Positions 51,774 through 64,000 of a stretch of 64,000 bases of DNA are shown here, piece after piece. The notes under the pieces were generated by a model. That model had not been told where the DNA came from. It ran no database searches and worked only from the letters and a program-made list of their open reading frames with translations. Source of the stretch: Botryllus schlosseri (taxonomy: Eukaryota). Position 1 is the first letter of the stretch. Each line of letters opens with the position of its first letter. The DNA lies in NCBI GenBank assembly GCA_051294905.1, contig CM119371.1, positions 14,324,001 through 14,388,000 on the forward strand, in the 5' to 3' direction. The translations under genes were made by a program, and so were the position numbers.

Positions 51774-54588
51774 TAGAGCCCGACCGATATTGGATTTCTG
51801 AGCCGATACCGATAACACCGATATCCAGTACCTCCACCGATAACCTCGATATATTCAGCCGATATTCAAAATGTATGGAATCTAGCTCAAGGCCCATATT
51901 TAACACCTCGGAGCATTTATTTCAACAACTTTACAGCCATTGATATGCTTGAACATGAAATAAATGATCTAGGGGCTATAAAAATATATCAAAAGCACCA
52001 ATCCAGCAGTTGCAGATTACAGTTCACGAAGCACAATTTCTCGGCGCTTTCTCCAAGGAGTGAACTTCTGTGGTCTTTCATAAATGATGTATATAGTACT
52101 AAACACAGTGAGCAGTCTTTCACTTGGTACCTAGTGGCACAGCAAGGATTGGAAATCTTTCTTCATTTCGGTTCCACCGCTCCCTTGCAGGGGATCTTTC
52201 CTTCAATGGTTTCACCAAATATTGATATTCTTCTGGCAGAGCACCTGGAGCCTTCAGCGCATCATCAAGAAATAGCTGAAGAGAAAGTTGAAAACAACTC
52301 AAATTGTCCATGTCTGCAACTGCTCCACCCATCCCCCTTGGGCCTTGACCATGACCAGCATTTCAACAATCAATTGATCAATATTTTACGCTCTTTTGTC
52401 AGAATTGGCCAATGTCATCATGGAATCAAAAATGTTCGGATCTGTTATTGGCTTTACTCCACCTTTGCTTGATTTTCTTGCCCTCTATGCTCGCATATTT
52501 CCTATCATGGTGGCCCCGCAGGTCTCAGCCCTCAGTCAGAGTGTCATACGACTTCATACATTACTGGTATAATTAGCTCGGTTGGTACCGAACCAATAGC
52601 ACTATCTTCAGAGAAACGTTTCGACGCGACGCTTTTCTCTATCATCACGAGGGCCAGTCCAGCATGATTGAAGTTCTCAGTTCTCTTACTGATTGAAATC
52701 TTCTGCAGACAACTAACTATCCATCCAGGATCCAGCTGCTCTCTGTCTCTGGTAATCGATTGATTACTGCAGGGGGATTCCCACGAAGTCAGCGGGGCAT
52801 AACGGTGATTAGTTATCTCATAGTGTCCTATAGGGTGTCGACACAACCAAATCGCACGGTTCAATGAAATTGTATCACGTCACAGTTTCCATTTGGCTAC
52901 AGGCAATTTGACGGTGATTTTTGACCGACTTGCCGAGCAATAAATTTGATGAATCGGGTATCAATCGAAAGCTGACGCTGTACTGCTTGCGAAAATATAA
53001 ATTTTATTCCACGCATGGCCCTGGAACCCCCACAATCTGCCCCAAATTATTCATTGTCGAGTAGATTGGCAGTGTGACGCAACAATGCTGTCTGGCGAAA
53101 CGAGAGAGAAACTCAAGAGCAAGGATGCGGCCGAGCGGCGAGAGTGGGATCAGCTGACGTCGCGGCAATATCTATGTGCAATTATAGATAACTAACCTAG
53201 CTATACTTAGACGGAAGGATCTCTATAAGTTGAAGGATATTGCAGGAAAATTCGTAGGTCCCAAATACATTCTGTGGACCCAGTTCTACCTTTACAAATC
53301 AAGGAAAGGCTGGTAATGTGTGCTCGCTTTTAGCGAAGCGCCTATATAAAGTATCAACAGCGCCACGCATCTCTGGAGCCCTACGCAACAAGCGGGCTAA
53401 GGTAATCGATATCATAATAATTTGACATATCCAATGTAGACTACTTACACGTAGCCTACATATCTCTATCAGCTGAAGGATATTGCGCGAAAATTGGTAG
53501 GGACCAAATACATTCAATGGACCCAGTTCTACCTTTATAAATCAAGGAAAGGCTGGTAATGTGTGCTCGCTTTTAGTGAAGCGCCTATAGAAAGTATCAA
53601 CAGCGCCACGCAACAAGCGGGCTAAGGTAATCGATATCATAATAATCTGACATATCCAATGTAGACTACTTACACGTAGCCTACATATCTCTATCAGCTG
53701 AAGGATATTGCGCGAAAATTGGTAGGGACCAAATACATTCTGTGGACCCAGTTCTACCCTTACAAATCAAGGAAAGGCTGGCAATGTGTGCTCGCTTTTA
53801 GCGAAGCGCCTATAGAAAGTATCAACAGCGTCATGCGTCTCTGGAGCCCTAATACATTCTGTGGACCCAGTTCTACCCTTAAAAGTCAAGGAAAGGCTGA
53901 TAAGGCGTGCTCGTTTGTACCGAAGCAAATAGAAAAAGTATCAACAGCGCAGCGTTTCTCTGCGGCGCGATTGCACATAGCTATTGCCGCGACGTCAGCT
54001 GATCCCACTCTCGCCGCTCGGCCGCATCCGTGCTCTTGAGTTTCTCTCTCGTTTCGCCAGACAGCATTGTTGCGTCACACTGCCAATCTACTCAACAATG
54101 AATAATTTGGGGCTGATTGTGGGGGTTCCAGGGCCATGAGTGGAATAAAATTTATATTTTCGTAATCAGTGCAGAGTTAGCTTTCGATTGATACCCGATT
54201 CATCAAATTTATTGCTCGGCAAGCCGGTCAAAAATAACCGTCAAATTGCCTGTAGCCAAATGGAAATTGTGACGTGATACAATTTCATTGAACCGTGAGA
54301 TTTGCTTGTGTCGACACCATATAGGACACTATGGTTATCTACAATATTTTTCAGATAGGAACGCCTACTGCCCTCTATGCAGCATGCACTATATGCAGCT
54401 TGGGCCATTTATTTTTATAATTTACCACCCTCACGTCTTCTATCGACTTCTCTGACTCCCTGCCACCATGTTGTGACGTCACGAAAAAGGCCGATATTTT
54501 TTTACCTTCAATGGCCGATACCGATATTTCTCTCCAAGCGTGATATCGACTCGATATTATCGGCGAGCCGATAATCGGTCGGGCTCTA
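51774..54588 (-). mobile_element. Internally deleted Ac-type hAT element, inner copy
   Basis: TIR TAGAGCCCGACCGAT; perfect TSD AATAGGAG; dimerisation-domain remnant EEYQYLVKP...WNRNEERFPILA at 52120-52332. Confidence 0.88.
52819..54333. mobile_element. P-superfamily-like non-autonomous element with ~350-bp TIRs
   Basis: CATAG...CTATG ends; 7-bp TSD GTTATCT; TIRs ~52819-53170 / ~53980-54333; interior is ~225-245-bp tandem units. Confidence 0.8.
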
Positions 54589-55341
54589 AATAGGAGTATT
54601 CAATGTATATTATCCAAGTAGGCCTTATTTGGTGGCACCTTGCAGACAGGCATTCCACAAATATCGTGGAAATGTCATTTACTAATTATACTATTCACGT
54701 TTGGCACGAAAAATCAAATTTGCAAATATTTGAATAAAATAGTTTTTGTGCCTGGCATAATTCATTAAAATAATGAGTTATAGACATCATGCGAGAGGAC
54801 ACATCTGTTGACATCGTAAAAACTGACGGGCGGGGCCTACGATAAATTATCACAAAATTATCGTAGGCCCCGTGTCGGGTTATTATAATATTGCAGCTAG
54901 TGGACCATTGACGTGCCACAATTTTATGGAGAATATTTTAAAATTTATTAAAGATTAATCTGATATCAGAGCATGGAAGCGGTGTAGCTTAGTCGGGGTT
55001 TCTGATATAGTCGTGATAATAAGAAGGCTATTGTTTCTGTTATTGCCAAAGTCAAATTAAACCAGCGTTAGATTTTCTTAGATTAATATTGGAACAGATC
55101 AATAACAACTTTAATATGATCGTTATTGTTCCATAGTAATAGCAATTTTTCTTAACCGTTTTAGCAATCGTACCCCTTGTGCTTTCAATAAGATTTCCAG
55201 TGCCCCTGTTCATTTTCAACACAACTTCTGATGGTACCTATATAAAAATGAGTAAGCCCATCCACATAAAATCGCGCGTAGCGCGATGAAAATTTCCCAG
55301 CTGAATAAATTGACCCAGAAAATATTCCACAGCATATAGGC

Positions 55342-55712
55342 TAGGCTTACCATATTTGGGAAATGAAAAAAGAGGACACTTTTTCAGAAATTTCAGACAT
55401 GCAAAACTGGAGATGAATTCTCAAAAACAGGTAAATTTCACCCGCTTCATGATCGGTTGACTAAAAAAAAAAAAGGTCTTCATTTCGCTCAGAGCTGAAA
55501 TCACCGCTTTTTCCTCCGAAATACCCGCCGGAGCTTCACTTCTGCGCCAATTTGCGACATATCACTCGCAATTTCCTCTATATCTGACCTAAATTTTCAA
55601 AAAAGAGGACAAAATCTCAAAAAAGAGGACAAAAGGGCGTCCTCCGAGGACACTTTCAAAAAAGCCAAAAAAGAGGACAAATCCTCTTAAAAGAGGACGT
55701 ATGGTAAGCCTA
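55342..55712. mobile_element. hAT MITE (TAGGCTTACC family)
   Basis: TIR TAGGCTTACCATA; perfect TSD ATATAGGC. Confidence 0.88.
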
Positions 55713-57045
55713 ATATAGGCCTATTTCCACAATGCATCTCGTTCCTCTTGATGTGGTGATTCGTACCACGAAGGAGCTACGGACCCCTGGTTAAGAACCC
55801 CAGGAATAGGAATGAATAATCGCCGAAGAATCCATTGGTGTTACAGCTGTGGAGCGTACCACTACCTTTACTTTGTACTCGCCGCCGATAATAACATGGA
55901 TAGAGAGAACAAACAGCACTTAGGATGTAACCAAATATACGTCACGGGGGCCACAGAATGCTAATGGTTTCCATACAGATCTGATTAGATATCTATATAC
56001 CCAACGCAGCACAGCTGCGGGCTTTTGATATATTAATATTCCCCACGACAGTTTCATGGATTGTTGCGTACGTAGGATTACCAAGTCTCTATTCCGACAA
56101 GCATGTCCTTCTCTGATTTTAACGTTTGACCCGACTCAACTCGAGTCATTTTTAGCTGATCATCCAGTCAATACAAAATCGAGTAATTTGACGAAAGGTC
56201 GCACCAAACAAAATCACAAATTTCAGTCACGAATCATCAACGGGTCATGTTTTATCATCATGATCCTGAAATGTGACGTAATCGCGATCTTTCACCGCAT
56301 GGACGATTTTAGAAGTGATGTGATATTAAAATTTGTTTAGATTACAGGTTTTTGTAGTAGTTTTAGAGTGAACTTCAAGTTCTTAAATCTTAAAAAGATG
56401 TATGACACTTGAATATATTGTCGAATACTTGAAATTCCAAAATGCCTTCGCGGGCCGCACAAAATGCTCTCGCGGGCCGCATGCGGCCCGCGGGCCGCGT
56501 GTTTGAGACCTCTGTCCTAATCCAATCCAAATCCGAACCTTCAAATCCAAATCCTAATCCATAACTTTTTCATATTCAAGTCCATGTCCAATCCTAATCC
56601 GATTCCAACTGGAAATTCAGAAAAAATACCAATTTATGCAATGGAGGGATTCGAAAATTTTCTTTCACAACCAACGATTCACTTGATTCAAGATAACTTA
56701 ACCATAAGTACATTAATAACTGATCTGAATAAATTTTGTCGCCATTCGCCACACGACATTTCAATCTCCCAGAAAATAGTTAAATCCAATCCAAATCCTA
56801 ATCCGTTCTGAAAAAAATGTCTAATCCAAATCCAGTCAAAATCCGACAAAATATCACAAATCCTGTTTTTTCAAAACCTAATCCTAATCCATGCTCATCT
56901 CTGGTCTGCTCTCTGTCTATAGATAACTAACCTACGTAGGTTAGTTATCTAAACTCTGTCTCTGGTGTTCGATCACCGCAGGTGGATTCCCACTAAAGTC
57001 ACTGGGGCATAACGGTGAACGTATATTTTTTACATAGGGCTAATG

Positions 57046-58136
57046 TAGGGTTACCATATTTTTGTGAAGCAAATTCCGGACACTCTTTAGCGCCCACTAG
57101 CGGATTTTAAAATGAGGTGCACCACATTGTCCGTCAATATGACGTCACAATAGCAAACCATTGCCCATCGACTGTATACACTATACAGGAATGGAGTGGA
57201 ACATTGGGCCATCTGTAATGTGAGATCTGGTGATTGCTATACTTGCTAGGGTCTACAATATGGGCCGGATGATATCATCTGGCGGGCCGTGTCTGGCCTG
57301 TCAGGATTGTGTTTGAGAGCCCTGCGGTTGGTGCGGTTATCTGTTCAAGTGTTTTAATCAGGTCCGAAAGAACATTTTTACTCCCCTCCCCCCTTCCGTC
57401 CAAAAAAGCACTGATCTTGGGGCCACCATAGAGTAGTCGATGTTACTTGTTGGGCACTTACTATATGCATTTGGCCGTTAAATTTTATGTATGAATTCTT
57501 TCAATAGCATTGATTCTTCCGTATATTAGGCCATTGTAAAATGCACCAACAGGTTGCACATCCGGTGATTTCCAGCCTTTTATGGTCGCGACCTCATTTC
57601 CCATTTGAAAATGTTCCGTGGCAAAGCTCAAGACTTGATAAGTGGATTACTAAAAAAATTCAGCTTGCCCAAACTTATCTAACGGCCTAGGAAGCCGATT
57701 ACGTCCAACATCAGATAAAGACGAACGACCGCAAGATTTGGAACCCCTGTCTGTGACCGATGCATCCAATCGACCTTGACCAACTCTAGGAATATACCGT
57801 TATATCTTATAATTGCGGTTACAATCAGACTTATTTCAGTAAGTGATGGTTATTTATATTTATTTTGATTGCATTTTCGGCGAGAGTAGTGCCAGGTGCG
57901 CATACCAATATCATCATACGTTGCATTAACTCGCGCGCAGCGCGAAGAAAAATTTTAAATAGCGTAAATCTGCTTGAAAATAATACTGTATATGTTGATT
58001 TACGAAAAAAATTGAGCCTGCTTGAAGCCTTCAAAATTCCGGACATTTAGGCATATTTTAGAAATTCCTCCCGGACGCAGATTTTTCAGTGAAATTCCGG
58101 ACATGTCCGGGAAATTCCGGACGTATGGCAACCCTA
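57046..58136. mobile_element. hAT MITE (TAGGGTTACCATA ends)
   Basis: TIR TAGGGTTRCCATA; perfect TSD GGCTAATG; ATTCCGGAC subterminal repeats. Confidence 0.88.
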
Positions 58137-59263
58137 GGCTAATGTGCAATTGTGCATTACAGCTTGGCCATTTATCTTTATAATTTACTGACATTCAGTG
58201 AGACTTCGCGTCTTCTCTGACTCCTTACGACCATGTTGTGACGTCACGAAAATGGCCGATATTTTTTTACCTCCAATGGCCGATACCGATATTTCTTTCC
58301 AAGTGTGATATCGACTAGATATTATCGGCGAGCCGATAATCGGTCGGGCTCTACTCAGGACGCGTTCGTATCAGTTACTGCCAGTTAAGTATTTTGTAAG
58401 CTCCGCTATCCGTAACATAAGGACTTGCTGTAAATACCATCGCAGCTCCTCCCATTGCACCATCCACCGCGCCATCCGCGCTACCTTCGGTACCATCTTG
58501 CACTTTATTCCTTTTGATCCTCTTTCACTCACGACTAGACCCAGCTTAGCACAGAGCGTGGCAATTTCTACAGTTTCACATTTTTAGCGATCATTACATG
58601 TTTTGTGGAAATTGTGATTTCAATATCAACACACAATCAACACAAAAGCCCAATCCTTGATATTAAAGCCAAAACAGAACTACTCATATATTACAAATTA
58701 CACCACGTAACAAAATTTTGCAAAAGTTTTAGTTGGTTAAAAACAGTGGCGGCTCGTGACAATATCGGGTGGTGGGGCAAGGGCTGCAAGCGACAAGATG
58801 ACGTCACAATGGCGTTTCCCAACGTAAACAAGTAACTTGGTGGTACGGTAACACGAACGACAACAGTGATTTTAACGTATGTGCCGCGAGCGCGAGAGGT
58901 CTGCTTGAAGTGTGGTAACTGCGTAAACGGCGTGCGGAACAAAGATTCGACACGGTTCATGTTCGCACTACACCTGACTAATTATCTGCAGAAATGGAAA
59001 TGACTATAACTCGAGAGATTGCGTAAGCCTAACTGGAAAGGTCAACGAGTTCGGACACATACGCAATTGTTATCTCATAGATTGGACATGTCATATTGCA
59101 GTGGTCGGGAACCTATGGCTCGCGAGCCATATATGGCTCTTTTGGGTATAAGACATGGCCCTTTGCCAAATATTTATTTGTACTGAATTGATCAATATCG
59201 CAGCGACTTGTTGCTAAATTTTCATCACGGCCAAAATAACTATTCTCGTGGCAGTATAAACAT

Positions 59264-59926
59264 TAGGGCTCTTCAAAAACGACTTTTTTTCTCAAATCGT
59301 ACTGGCTACTTGATAAGATTGTTAGATTACCTAATTTAAGCCTACACACAAAATTTGGTTCAATTCTGGCAAGTAACCGCTTTGCTACAGGAGACGAAAC
59401 TTCCTATTTATTATATAAAAATAAATAATAAAAAATTTGAAAATTTTCTGTTCACCCCATGAAAGTGTTAGGCTGTCTATAGAAACGATGCTCACCAAAT
59501 TTGGTTCAATTCCCACCAGTGGAAGCGGAGTTACTGCCATCGAAAAATTTGGATTTGAATAAAATAGTATTTACGGTGACCGATTCTTTGTTTATTTATT
59601 ATAGTTGTGCTCACCGTAAATACTATTTTATTCAAATCCAAATTTTTCGACGGCAATATATTCGCTTCCACTGGTTGGAATTGAACCAAATTTGGTGAGC
59701 ATCGTTTCTATAGACAGCCTAACACTTTCATGGTGTGAACAGAAAATTTTCAAATTTTTTATTATTTATTTTTACATAATAAATAGAGACGTTTTTCTCC
59801 TGTAGCAAAGCGGTTACTGGCTGGAATCGAACCAAATTTTGTGTGTAGGCTTAAATTAGGTAACCTAACAATTTTATCAAGTAGCCAGTACGATTTGAGA
59901 AAAAAAGTCATTTTTGAAGAGCCCTA
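59264..59926. mobile_element. Whole-length palindromic (foldback) MITE, copy 2
   Basis: TAGGGCTCTTCAAAAA ends; perfect TSD ATAAACAT; near-perfect ~320-bp arms. Confidence 0.92.
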
Positions 59927-61114
59927 ATAAACATGTATTTGAGAGGTAAAGACAATGCCGTCTTCAGGTTTAGGGGCTCGGACCCCCTCTCTTCAAAATC
60001 ATCAAATATAAGTTACTGTCACGGCGGCGGCCAATATCACTCGCAAATTCCATGCGCCGGTATTGTCTGTAATATACTGGAGCCGAATCTCTGCACTTGT
60101 TAATTGGCACGCTAATGATTAGTTCTCTGATTGCGCCGTTTATTTAGTTGACTGACATAACAACTTCGTGCTGTTAAGATGTCTCTTCCGTAATAAACGT
60201 TTATCGTGTGGCGACATCGTTTCGTGGTGCAACAGAGAGTACAGGCTCTGTATCCTGGCGTGGTGACAGCGATGAGATTCGAACCCACCCCATCGAAATG
60301 ACTACTGACTCAAACCTGGCGATGTATCCGAATCGAAATCATGAATTGTGCGATACGTTGAGTCGAAGAGCACAGCAGATATGGCGCCGCCCATTTCAAA
60401 ACGCAGTTTTCAAATACACATTGTCTTCCCGATCTACAGCGCGAAATGAACTGCTGTGGATGTGACATTCGCAATTACAAACTCGAATCACAAACAACGC
60501 CATAGCTATCCGCGTTCCGTTTTCTCCACGTTCTGTGTAGTATAAAATTTATGCGTGTAGCGCAACGTTATGTTACCACCGAATACTTTGAGAATGGAGA
60601 AGTAGATAAGTATTTAGGGCGGAGATAATAAAGTTGGATTAGCAATAAAGTCGATTGTCGCCTTCGTCAGGATTTAGCAACCCAGGATTAAGGAAACCGG
60701 TTGATCGCAGCGCATAAAGTTAGTGTTAATCTCTTGATTTATCAAACCGGAACAAACTATAGATAACTTGTTATCGATAAAAACTGCTTACCATTCCTAC
60801 GCACAAATATTTCCGATAATGACCGTGCCAATGGTCTCCTAGGTAATAGCTTCACTAATTATGTACCCGCCATTGCAGAGCGATACCAATATTCTATAAT
60901 CCATTTCTTAGCTGTACCGAACGAATTAGACACGACCTTAATTTCGCGATGATGATAATTCGACATATTACAGTGCTGGCAGTGTCGCTATCAGCAGGCT
61001 GCTGTTGTTGAGAATGATGATTTTCATGTTACATGAGACATATAGCTAGCTGTTTCATTCAACAAATTGGCAACTGATGGCCTTTAACGCGTTTTCGCAT
61101 TATGATGTAACAGA

Positions 61115-62112
61115 TGGGGATGGTGTGAACCTCTGAAAGGTTCAGGTTCGTGTGAACGCGAACCTTTTTAAAAGGTTCTGTGTGAACACGAATGTGAACC
61201 TCGTGACGTCACGTGACGTCATATTGCTAATTCCAACCATATCTTCTAATGAAGTGATAGCCTATATTAATGTACACGATACCTAGCGAAGACTCGGTCC
61301 ACATAATGCCACAATGCTGAAGTACATATCGGCGTTTTAAACGTCGCTAAATGTATCAACAGCGGTAATCAAAGGATATAATAATTGCGTAAAATCAATA
61401 CATTCCGTCGCTTTGCCAAAAATTTCGACGAGGACTTACCAAGGAATATAAGCTTACGCCTTAACGGTCTTAGCCAGACCGGACAATGTGTTCGGAGACT
61501 GAGTATTGCTACATTGATATTGAGCAGAGTGTACAACTGGTTTCAATACTCGCTACCGATACACAAACAACAACAAGTTATGCAGCAGTAGCAAGCACCT
61601 TAATCTCACGGATTTGGTTTTAATGATACTGTAAAGATATGAAGTCAAGATTGACCCCATACGCCCGTTCGATTTTTTTACATCAGAAGACGATATCAAT
61701 ATCATTGATTGGTTGAACAAGCATCATTCGTTGACTACATATATCGCTCGTGAGCTTGTGTGATTGCGGGTCAAGCTCACAGCAGGTAGTCACTAAATAT
61801 TCATAAACGGAAAGCTGGTTATTCCGAGAAAATTTTTGCAACAAAGTAACTAAAACTTTTAAGGTTGTCAAGGTGCATGGTGCATGCTCGTTAAGCGTTG
61901 ATTTTTTATGCTGCCAGCACCATGCTTGGAGTGGCCCGCAGTTGAAATGCATTAAATTTGAGCCAAAGATCTTATAATGTAGTGAAAATTACTATTTACC
62001 AAAAGGTTCACAGTGCAGAACCTACCAAGGTTCTGTTGTGAACACGAACCTCTAAATTTCCGAGGTTCACACACAGAACACGAACGTGAACCTCACGTTC
62101 ACACCATCCCTA
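61115..62112. mobile_element. hAT MITE
   Basis: TIR TRGGGATGGTGTGAAC; perfect TSD GTAACAGA; GTGAAC/GAACC subterminal repeats. Confidence 0.88.
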
Positions 62113-62874
62113 GTAACAGATAACGCCCCTTGATTGAAAACTCGGGACACCTCGACTAACCATCGGCCGTAACCTTTCCATCTTGATGAGTCGTGATTAG
62201 CAGTATTCAATCACACGATTAGCAATATTCCGGATCAGCTAACTTTATTATCTCCGCCTGAGATGCGTCCCGATTAGCAGTTTTTAATTACATGATTAGC
62301 ATTCTCCCGGATCAGCTGACTTTATTATCTACGCCCTTGGATTTTCGGAATCAGTTTGACAGTCACATTCGATTGATATCAGTTGTAATAAATTCTAAGC
62401 TACTTATACAAGGAATTGCGTTATCCTTTGTGGAGGCTTGGCCCGTCTGCCTCTTACCTCTCGTCTTCATTTTCGAACAATAAATATCAGTTTTTACATA
62501 GAAAATGTGGCGCACATGAGGAATCCCATGCAGTGAGTTCGAATTAGTGCTACCATGACGTCACGAATTTCCAATTGTGACGTAACAGTTGATTGGCATG
62601 TATGGCTCTTTGAGAGTTGAGATGGAAAAAATAGGGCCAATATGGCTCTTCGGGCAAAAAAGGTTCCCGACCACTGTGACATATTGAATCCAAAACACCA
62701 TTCTGAAGAAATACGGATAGCAGCCTCGGCAATTTGGTCCCGGTACAGCATAGGAGATTTTGGCCTTGAGGCTGGAGACTGTCACACGACACATACGGCT
62801 TACGGTGTATAGTGTCTATATGTCTGCTGCAAAATCGCCTTTGGAAAATATATTACCGAATAAATACGTGATTT

Positions 62875-63860
62875 AAAGCCGAAAACTTGGTACACTGTTA
62901 CATGAAATCATCGAGAAGTAGCCTCATGACCGTTTTCGGTATGGTACACTGTCAAAATTAATACGAACAGACCAACACCGAATTTTGCGTAAAATTTACT
63001 GAGGAATAGGCTGATCAAGCGATCAGCTGTTAGCCGCCATCGAAAACGAAACAGCTATCGCGCTTGACAGGGGTTGTAATTGTAAGCAAATGGCCTGAAG
63101 GCCACAATTGCACGGTGAAAATGACATTGAAGAATATAAAATAAAACTAAATATTTGAATGCAAACCGAGGATGTTAGTAAACCGTTTCGTGATATCATC
63201 ATCTCATCAACTATCTCAGCATGGAACACAGTTAGCGTTAACACAGATACACCGGCTTTTGCGTGAAATCCGCAATGAGTTACGTAGCCTAAGTGTCAGA
63301 TCAGCGCACATCTCTACCATACTCGACCTTGATAACGAAATTGCTGCCCGAATCATTGAGTACAAACCTTGAGACTTGGCACAGCGTTCGATACTAAAAT
63401 CAAGACATACCATGCAAAAGCTCATGACGGATCTAGCTAAGGAGCATCGTTAAAATCAATGGCGACCAATACTGGCTTTGCGTAAAATATGTTGGCGATA
63501 AATGACGAGTCAGTTCTCACTCGACTTAGGAAACGAAATTACCACTAACATAGTTCAGTGACAAACTCGAAACTTGGTACAGCGTTCGATACTAACATTA
63601 AGACTCACCGTACCAAATGTCATGACCGATCTCGGTATGGAACATCGTCAAAATCAATGGACACCAATACCGGCTTTTGAGTAAAATCTGTTTGCGATAC
63701 ATGACGGATCAGCACACACTCAACTTCGGAAACGGAATTACTACCCCAAACTTTGAGTAGAAACCCTGAAACTTAGGACAGTGTTAAATACCACCATCAC
63801 GACATGACATACCAAGTTTCAAGAATTATCATGGAGTGAAACACCATCAAAATTGACCTA
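62875..63860. repeat. Diverged ~199-bp tandem repeat
   Basis: A GARACTTGGYACAGCGTT-like anchor recurs at ~63371, 63570 and 63768, with a more diverged unit at ~62881. Confidence 0.7.
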
Positions 63861-64000
63861 TACCAGCAAAGATCGACTCAACGCATATGACAGTAACCTA
63901 GTTCAGATATAGATACGATTGTTACATCACACCTTAAGGGCAACTAGGCTATGTTGCCCCGGTTGCTCGGTAATTTTATGAATAGGAGAGAGTATATCAC

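Larger units (their letters stand above)
51691..56514. mobile_element. hAT MITE (CAGAGGTCTCAAAC family), copy 2, opposite orientation
   Basis: Same TIR as 49788-51002; perfect TSD TCCTAATC. Confidence 0.88.
51654..56903. mobile_element. hAT MITE (CAGAGATGAGC ends) containing further insertions
   Basis: TIR CAGAGATGAGC; perfect TSD GTCTGCTC; AATCC subterminal arrays at 56515-56890. Confidence 0.88.
49467..58353 (-). mobile_element. Internally deleted Ac-type hAT element, outer copy of the nest
   Basis: TIR TAGAGCCCGACCGAT; TSD TTCAGAAC/CTCAGGAC; minus-strand remnants of a BED-finger start (KKSSNVWSH) and the C-terminus (SSLPGENAEKLCFVNCNPQLPDWCY). Confidence 0.82.
59099..62676. mobile_element. 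hAT (Charlie-like) non-autonomous element hosting two MITEs
   Basis: TIR CAGTGGTCGGGAACCT; TGGCTC subterminal repeats; flanks TGTCATATTG/TGACATATTG. Confidence 0.78.

Noticed and set aside
51945..52472. 175-aa plus-strand ORF
   Set aside because: Antisense to a decayed hAT transposase remnant and not open in the sister copy.
60260..60340. Minus-strand B-box (GGGTTCGAATC) suggesting a tRNA gene
   Set aside because: No cloverleaf could be built; at most a SINE head, too weak to call.

Overview
Eukaryotic, AT-rich, transposon-saturated animal DNA; the ~60-bp introns and receptor style suggest a marine invertebrate, possibly an ascidian, but that is only an inference. Host genes: two minus-strand paralogs of a two-exon rhodopsin-class GPCR with a signal peptide and an unrecognised Cys-rich ectodomain. 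Copy 1 (3407-7171) is intact, 725 aa. Copy 2 (27291-30935) has lost its ancestral splice acceptor and carries a Harbinger-like insertion that appears to supply a new in-frame acceptor; it also has an in-frame stop in the C-terminal tail. Mobile elements: (i) a 6.5-kb Kolobok DNA transposon (TTAA target duplication, ~216-bp apparently identical TIRs) with a broken spliced THAP-DDE transposase and a convergent, intact, spliced KolX gene resembling the P2X7 ballast domain; (ii) a Penelope-like retroelement (RT + GIY-YIG) with a minimal hammerhead ribozyme, plus a second truncated copy with an inverted terminal repeat; (iii) about 20 hAT-type non-autonomous elements with 8-bp target duplications, including a five-level nest at 49.5-58.4 kb; (iv) a P-superfamily long-TIR element and a probable P-type excision footprint; (v) LINE and SINE remnants and a ~199-bp tandem repeat. 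All coordinates were read by eye; no searches were run.
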